From an uncultured Chlamydiae bacterium (GTDB lineage Bacteria; Chlamydiota; Chlamydiia; Chlamydiales; JAJFMA01): DNA of 64,000 nucleotides. Of this stretch, positions 57,998 to 64,000 are shown piece after piece. The first letter of the stretch is position 1; each line of letters starts with the position of its first letter. A program made the translations under genes and the position numbers. The stretch spans positions 1,216,001-1,280,000 of the forward strand of contig CAVQMM010000001.1 of the NCBI GenBank assembly GCA_963713615.1, read 5' to 3'. A model generated the notes under the pieces. That model saw only the letters and a list, made by a program, of their open reading frames with translations, was not told the origin of the DNA and made no database searches.

Positions 57998-60273
57998 GAG
58001 CACTGCGCATCTTCTATCACTTCCTAGGCAGTGTCCCCTTTGCCGTCGCGTTAATTGCTTCAATGGCCCTCTTTGTGATCATCGGCACGTTCTTGGAGTC
58101 AGCAACAGATTCTCACCGCTATGCCGCTGACTTCACCTATGCCAGTCCTCTGTTTACACTCTTGCTAGGGCTGTTCTTTGTCAATATTCTAGTTGCAGCG
58201 TTGCGACGATGGCCCTTTCGTCGCAAGCACATCCCCTTTCTCATTACTCATTTAGGTCTTTTGATGCTCTTGGCTGGAGCCATTGGTAAACAGATCTGGG
58301 GCCTTCAAGGTACTCTAAGCATTGTGGAAGGTTCTGCCTCAAACAAACTCCTCGTGAGCAATTCGCATGCTTTGGAAGTGAGCATGGCCAGCTCGAAAAG
58401 CCGCTCCTACCTGCCGGTAATACCTGGTGGAAATGGCGACATAGGGACACTCGATCGCCTGAAACTCCAAAGTTTGGAATGGCGCGCTAGTTCTCATGAA
58501 CACCTTGAGCTATGGATCAAGGGAGCCCATGCACATGTCAACGGGCTTCCGCCCATTCCCGTTAAAAACTGGACCAAAGCGGACTATTTGGCCGATTCGG
58601 TTTCAGGTCGGCTGGGGGAGTCCGAAATTTGGTCCTTTCAAGCGTATCGCACTCCTGAAATTGATGAATTAGCTATCCAAACCTACCTAGATGGTATGTT
58701 CATTGAAGCCGTTAACTACACCTCTGCCGCTAGCCTGGGCCGCATGCCTCTCAGCGATGCCTTGTTCAAACAATTTGTTTTTGAAGGAGGAAAGGCCACA
58801 GCTACCCTAAATCTCGATTTTACCCCTTTGAATGGCTTCGGCCAACCCAAAATCATTCTTGAGGTTCAGCTTACTGGGCATCAACCTGAAACGATACAAA
58901 TTGCTTTGCAAGGCCCTCAAGCCCTCATGAACGCGAATTCCTCAAATCCTCTGCTGGGCAGCCTGCCGGTGCGTTTTGATCTTAAACGTCAACCCACTGT
59001 TGTCATCGCTGAAGATGCCTTTGGAGACAACCATCTATGGTGTTTTGATACTTATGGGTCAGTTGGCTGCCAGCAATTTCGTCCTCACGCTCTCGAGCAA
59101 CTGATTTCCTACCATAGTGGCTTTGGTGGGTATGCTGTGGAAAGTGACATAATACCGTCTCTGGTACCACGCCATCGTTTGGACCGCGAAAAAGCGATGC
59201 AGGCATCTCTTAGCAATGTATTGATGCAGCCCTTCTCAGCAGAGATGCCGCTAATTCCCCCATTGCAACTATGGGTGGATGCCTGCAAGAAAACGCATAT
59301 CAATCCAGCCAAATCCTTCGTGGAGTTGCTGACCACATGGGATGGGACCCATGGTTGGCTGCTAGATCCTTTGGTTGAGCTCTCCCCAGAGATTACCACC
59401 ACCCTTCAAGAGCTGGAATGGACGTCAATTTCCCCGGACGAAGTCAAAGCTTGCCAATGGACTGCCGATGCCATCGAACATGTTCAGGCTCGCTTCGAAA
59501 GCGGGGAATCCCTCAGCTCTATCATCCATGCAGGTCCGGCAAACCTTCAAGGAGACGGAACCCTCGGCCAATATATGCATCGCTTAACAGCGGAACTCTT
59601 CGCAGCACGTACGCAACTTCCTCCGGCCCCGAAACACTCATCCAATAACGCTACTCTGTTTTCAGCCTATCTGCGTGCCTATGGAATCCATCTTCAGGAA
59701 CTCACAACTCTTCCTGACTGGCCCGCCAGCACCACGCGCCTCGAGACACCCGTCACACGTCATCATGTCGTTACCCCTCCTCAAACAAAGCTAGAGGATA
59801 ACCAACCCTTAGTTCTTGTTGGAGTTTCTGACGGAACAAATAAGGAAAAGGTCCCGCTAACCTTCGACCGGTATGCCACAGGCCTTCGCTGGCCAATACT
59901 CGGGGGACACTATCTGGTAAGGTTTCAGCCCATGTGCTGTGAGATCCCTTATCGCGTACGCCTCCATGATGCTCGCCAGATCAACCATCCCAACGGCGCA
60001 CAACCATTCAGCTACGAAGCTCGTATAACAATAACTGATAAGCGCACAGGAATGGCAGAGGAAGCCCTCTTAAGTATGAATCACGTTCATGAAACCTGGG
60101 ACGGCTATCGCTTCTACCTGTCAAATATTGCGCCAGGCAACGAAACGGCCGTCAGGCAAGTTCAGATCATTGTTAACCATGACCCGTACAAATACTGGCT
60201 GACCTATCCCGGGGCCATCGCCCTTAGCCTAGGGATACTGCTGCTCTTTGCTGCACATGCCTGGAAAGATTAA
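57994..60273 (+). CDS. Cytochrome c biogenesis protein ResB/Ccs1-like
   Basis: IIGTFLES, ITHLGLL, MNH...GYRFY, DP...TY.G C-terminal TM; upstream of ccsA. Confidence 0.75.
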   Translation: MRALRIFYHFLGSVPFAVALIASMALFVIIGTFLESATDSHRYAADFTYASPLFTLLLGLFFVNILVAALRRWPFRRKHIPFLITHLGLLMLLAGAIGKQIWGLQGTLSIVEGSASNKLLVSNSHALEVSMASSKSRSYLPVIPGGNGDIGTLDRLKLQSLEWRASSHEHLELWIKGAHAHVNGLPPIPVKNWTKADYLADSVSGRLGESEIWSFQAYRTPEIDELAIQTYLDGMFIEAVNYTSAASLGRMPLSDALFKQFVFEGGKATATLNLDFTPLNGFGQPKIILEVQLTGHQPETIQIALQGPQALMNANSSNPLLGSLPVRFDLKRQPTVVIAEDAFGDNHLWCFDTYGSVGCQQFRPHALEQLISYHSGFGGYAVESDIIPSLVPRHRLDREKAMQASLSNVLMQPFSAEMPLIPPLQLWVDACKKTHINPAKSFVELLTTWDGTHGWLLDPLVELSPEITTTLQELEWTSISPDEVKACQWTADAIEHVQARFESGESLSSIIHAGPANLQGDGTLGQYMHRLTAELFAARTQLPPAPKHSSNNATLFSAYLRAYGIHLQELTTLPDWPASTTRLETPVTRHHVVTPPQTKLEDNQPLVLVGVSDGTNKEKVPLTFDRYATGLRWPILGGHYLVRFQPMCCEIPYRVRLHDARQINHPNGAQPFSYEARITITDKRTGMAEEALLSMNHVHETWDGYRFYLSNIAPGNETAVRQVQIIVNHDPYKYWLTYPGAIALSLGILLLFAAHAWKD

Positions 60274-60376
60274 ATTGAAACATAAGAGGAACACCAGACC
60301 ATCCGCCATCATTCATAGCAGTTTTTTGTTCTCTACGGTATGGTTGGGTTCATTTTGTGTTACATGAGTATCATTC

Positions 60377-62398
60377 ATGATGGTCAGATTTCTTGTTCTT
60401 TTCCTATTGATCTGTTGGACTCATACAATTGAGGCGACAGATAGTCCGAGTTTGATCCCCACGGCATATCAGGGTCGCATTAGACCCCTTGAAGCAACAG
60501 GTCGCTTGTGGCTTTACGACCTCTATCATCGGCAGCAATTGCTAAAAGACGATCTCCCCGCCTTTCACACGACAAGTCAGTCTGCGGTGGATTTCTTCCT
60601 AACCTTTCACCTGATGGGACATCATCAATGGGACGATGCCCCCCTCTTTTGGATTCAGCACGCCTCCACAAAACAACTGCTCGGCCTGAACGCCAAAGAG
60701 AACCGTTTTTCCTACAACCAGCTTCATCAGGCCTTTGTTGAGCACGAACAAACCAATCAGGCTGTCACAAACGTGTTGATCAGGCATCACTACCACGAAG
60801 CCTATCGTGCCCCCTCTAACCGCTCGGGAAGTACCAGACTGGAACTGACCTCTTTGGCGCAGGGTCTCTGGGTAGCAACAAAAAATCAGGCCTTGATCGT
60901 TGTGCAAGCACCGTCCACTCCGCCTTGGCAACATTTAAAGCCCGGACAGATCATCACGAACCGGTCTGACGATGACAAAGCCGTAGTCGATGAATTGCTT
61001 GCTCTGTGGCAGCACATGAGCGCCTTTGCCCGTGTGAACTCTGACGGTGCCGCTCAAAGTAACAAACTCTTGACCAATGCTTTAGCTGTCTTGCAAAGTC
61101 GCGGTATAAAACCTGACGAAATTGCACAAATGCTCGAGACACAACTTCCTCTCAAAATGCGTCTCTTAGATGCTGGCTCCGCTCTCCAGGTCCTCCCAGG
61201 TAAGTTGGTCCCTGGCGAGTGGTATTCTCTAAAAGCCCTAACTGCTGACATATATGACTCCAAGTTGCGAAAGCTCGTTCCCGTAGGCAACTTCACCATC
61301 TATCCCGATGAACTCTTTTTTCGTCTTCGTCAGGCCTATGTGGCACAGGCTTCGACAGAGACTTTAGCGAATCTCTTGTCCGAAGGATACGAGATGCTAG
61401 AGGGTCAGTTAATCCAAGAAAGTGGAGGCAAGTCCCTTTTTTACCCAACCCACAGGCAGCTTGTTGCCGAGATGTGGTATTATGACCTCCCTCTTCCTAT
61501 CTTCGCTTTGGCAGCCTATGTCCTTGCTGCCCTTGCCTTCAGCATGGCTTATTCTCTCCAAAATCGACGTCTGCAGTCTTGGGCTTGGGCCTCATTGGCG
61601 ATCGCATGGATCATCCACACAAGCATCCTGGTTCTACGCTGCTATATCCTGGGACGCCCGCCTGTTGCGAATATGTTTGAAACGGTTGTGTACGTTCCTT
61701 GGATCGCCGTCATCGCCTCATGTCTGATGTTTCTCTATTATCGTTCGGTTCTCCTGCCTCTGGCAGCTTCTATTCTCGCGGTGATCTTGCTAGCTGTCCT
61801 AGAGGTCACCCAACTCCATAGCGGCTTAGAAACTGTTCAACCTGTCCTCGACTCCCAATATTGGCTAATCATCCATGTCTTAATGGTCGTCGCCAGCTAT
61901 GGAGTTTTCCTGCTTTCAGGAGTCTTGGGCCACGGCTACCTGCTCCTGAGAGCAAAGCGTCCACATTCCAGACAATCCCTTGACCTACTTTCTAGGGCTA
62001 TTCTGCACTCCATGTACCTGGGGACCGCTATGCTTATTAGCGGTACGATCTTAGGCGGTGTCTGGGCAGCGGAAAGCTGGGGACGTTTCTGGGACTGGGA
62101 CCCCAAGGAGTCCTGGGCCTTTATCTCCAGCTGTGTCTATTTGGTATGCATCCATGCCTATACCTTTAACCACATTCGCGCTTTAGGACTAGCGATTGGC
62201 AGCATCGTCGGCTTATGGGCCATCAGCTTTACATGGTATGGAGTTAACTACATCCTGGGCACCGGGCTGCACAGCTACGGCTTCGGCACCGGCGGGGTGG
62301 CCTATTACTATGGATTTTTAGCAAGCGAGGTCTTGTTTGTGGCCATATGCTATACCAAAAGTCGTTATCGCATTCAATCAGTATCAGATTGTCAATAG
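60377..62398 (+). CDS. ccsA: Cytochrome c biogenesis protein CcsA/ResC
   Basis: WAAESWGRFWDWDPKE (WWD motif), WLIIHV, GLHSY. Confidence 0.9.
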   Translation: MMVRFLVLFLLICWTHTIEATDSPSLIPTAYQGRIRPLEATGRLWLYDLYHRQQLLKDDLPAFHTTSQSAVDFFLTFHLMGHHQWDDAPLFWIQHASTKQLLGLNAKENRFSYNQLHQAFVEHEQTNQAVTNVLIRHHYHEAYRAPSNRSGSTRLELTSLAQGLWVATKNQALIVVQAPSTPPWQHLKPGQIITNRSDDDKAVVDELLALWQHMSAFARVNSDGAAQSNKLLTNALAVLQSRGIKPDEIAQMLETQLPLKMRLLDAGSALQVLPGKLVPGEWYSLKALTADIYDSKLRKLVPVGNFTIYPDELFFRLRQAYVAQASTETLANLLSEGYEMLEGQLIQESGGKSLFYPTHRQLVAEMWYYDLPLPIFALAAYVLAALAFSMAYSLQNRRLQSWAWASLAIAWIIHTSILVLRCYILGRPPVANMFETVVYVPWIAVIASCLMFLYYRSVLLPLAASILAVILLAVLEVTQLHSGLETVQPVLDSQYWLIIHVLMVVASYGVFLLSGVLGHGYLLLRAKRPHSRQSLDLLSRAILHSMYLGTAMLISGTILGGVWAAESWGRFWDWDPKESWAFISSCVYLVCIHAYTFNHIRALGLAIGSIVGLWAISFTWYGVNYILGTGLHSYGFGTGGVAYYYGFLASEVLFVAICYTKSRYRIQSVSDCQ

Positions 62399-62595
62399 GT
62401 TACGCCTCGATTCCAAATGAATTGCATTTTTTTGAGTCTATTGTGTTGAAAAAAAAGAAGTGTTAAAATATGTAGGGGTGTGGATAATTAATGTCCTCGG
62501 AAATCTGAGTTTTTGAGTTGCGCAGCGTTTGATGTTCAACACGCTGAGGAAATTATTTTCTGATTCCACTTCTGTTTAAATAGAACGGGATTTTG

Positions 62596-63105
62596 ATGAG
62601 ACATGTAAAAAGTGAAAGATTAAAGAAACTAGAGTCCGAGTTAAATGATCTTGAGCAATGGCTTAAGCTCGGCTTAGTTCCAAAAAAAGATATTGAGAAA
62701 CACCGCGAAGAAATCGTAACCGTTAAGGGTAAGATTGAAGAAGAAAAAGAGCGGTTGCAATTCTTGAAAGAAAGTGGTGAAGTCGAAGAGTACGTCACAC
62801 CTAAACGCTCTGGAGGACGTACCAGCTACACCGATATGCCCACAATCCCTGATGTGGATATCTCTGAAACCGGGGCAGGCCTCAGTGATACTAGCTTCGA
62901 CCTCGAAAGCGATAATGTCAGCACCGAAACATCTGTTATCAGCGACCGCGATGAAGACGAAGAAACAAATGTAGAAGATGCTGACCAAGAAGCCGATTCC
63001 GACACGAAAGAAGATTCCGAACTCGAAGACGACGAATCCTACTTCAGCGACCGCAACCGGTGGAAACGCGGTGGTATTGTCGATCCTGATGCCGATGAGT
63101 GGTAA
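62596..63105 (+). CDS. Conserved chlamydial acidic protein (CT053-like)
   Basis: KSERLKKLESEL..., SDRNRWKRGGIVDPDADEW recognised from memory of chlamydial homologs; upstream of hemW. Confidence 0.75.
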   Translation: MRHVKSERLKKLESELNDLEQWLKLGLVPKKDIEKHREEIVTVKGKIEEEKERLQFLKESGEVEEYVTPKRSGGRTSYTDMPTIPDVDISETGAGLSDTSFDLESDNVSTETSVISDRDEDEETNVEDADQEADSDTKEDSELEDDESYFSDRNRWKRGGIVDPDADEW

Positions 63106-64000
63106 GGGATCGAAAACAGCAGTCAGCCTTTATTGGCATATTCCTTTCTGTTCTCAAAAATGCGGCTATTGTCACTTCTACGTCCTTCCAGACAAAGAGT
63201 CATTAAAGGATCAGCTACTCGAGGGCTTAGCCCTCGAGTTCGCCGTCGCTCAACCTCTTCTAAAAGACTCTGAAGTGGTCTCTATCTACTTTGGAGGAGG
63301 CACCCCAGCCCTCTTCGGTCCTAAGCGCATCCAGACACTCCTTGAATGGCAACGAGAACAGCTGACACTAGTGGATGACTGTGAAATCACTCTGGAGGCT
63401 AACCCTGACGAGCTTACCCCAGCCCTACTCGATGCCTATCGTGCGGTAGGAATCAATCGATTAAGCATTGGTGTACAGTCGCTCGATGACACCCTCCTGG
63501 CAACCCTGACGAGGCGTCACACAGCCCAAAAAGCTGTCGACATCATCCATGCGGCTACAGCCGCCGGATTTGATAACATCACCATCGATTTGATGTATGA
63601 AGTGCCAGGACAAACGATGACCAGTTGGCAGCGCACCCTTGATCAGGCCGCGGCGTTACCCATCGCTCATCTGTCGCTATATAACCTCACCATCGAACCG
63701 CATACGCAGTTCTTTAAACAACAAAAGCAGCTCACACCCTTGATTCCCGATGCGGAGACTTCTCTACAAATGTATGAAGCTGCCGTAACCACCCTACAAG
63801 CTGCCAGCCTGCAACAATATGAAGTGTCTGCTTTTGCTAAGGCCAAGCATCAGTCGCGACACAACAGTGGCTACTGGACCGGTCGTCCCTTCTATGGCTT
63901 TGGTCCTTCGGCCTTTAGTTATTGGCATGGACGTCGTTTTCGCAATGTAGCCAATCAAAGCCGCTACATTAAAGCTCTGGAAAACAATCAATCTCCTATC
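63095..64000 (+). CDS. hemW: Radical SAM heme chaperone HemW (HemN-like), runs off window
   Basis: Manual translation: LYWHIPFCSQKCGYCHF, YFGGGTP, ITLEANP. Confidence 0.88.
   Translation, partial: MSGKGSKTAVSLYWHIPFCSQKCGYCHFYVLPDKESLKDQLLEGLALEFAVAQPLLKDSEVVSIYFGGGTPALFGPKRIQTLLEWQREQLTLVDDCEITLEANPDELTPALLDAYRAVGINRLSIGVQSLDDTLLATLTRRHTAQKAVDIIHAATAAGFDNITIDLMYEVPGQTMTSWQRTLDQAAALPIAHLSLYNLTIEPHTQFFKQQKQLTPLIPDAETSLQMYEAAVTTLQAASLQQYEVSAFAKAKHQSRHNSGYWTGRPFYGFGPSAFSYWHGRRFRNVANQSRYIKALENNQSPI

Noticed and set aside
63218..63238. Palindrome ctcgagggcttagccctcgag inside hemW
   Set aside because: Single short occurrence in coding sequence, unrelated to the repeat families; likely chance.

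Overview
Chromosomal segment of an environmental Chlamydiota-like bacterium. This is inferred from the kdsB-pyrG-ruvX...zwf-opcA-pgl order, waaA, a CT053-like gene upstream of hemW, and an LcrH/SycD-type chaperone. Housekeeping blocks are oppBCDF, lemA-htpX, two tRNA-Met genes, kbl-tdh, a heavy-metal P-type ATPase, system II cytochrome c biogenesis genes and a MoxR-VWA (Bat) operon. Between them lie accessory, probably host-interaction genes: a SopB/IpgD-like Cx5R phosphatase, an ankyrin protein with an AnkH-like protease domain, an orphan chaperone plus translocator-like pair, and Inc-like membrane proteins. The most distinctive property is a dense set of non-coding inverted-repeat elements with no transposase in the window. 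These include REPIN-like doublets, several MITE families (one with clear 8-bp target duplications) and a group IIC intron 5' fragment. They are nested inside one another, show internal inversions between copies, and in two cases bracket effector-like cargo genes. A small integrase-less island at tRNA-Met carries an NYN RNase preceded by a promoter and a two-hairpin/U-tract leader RNA. All calls come from reading motifs by eye; no database searches were run.
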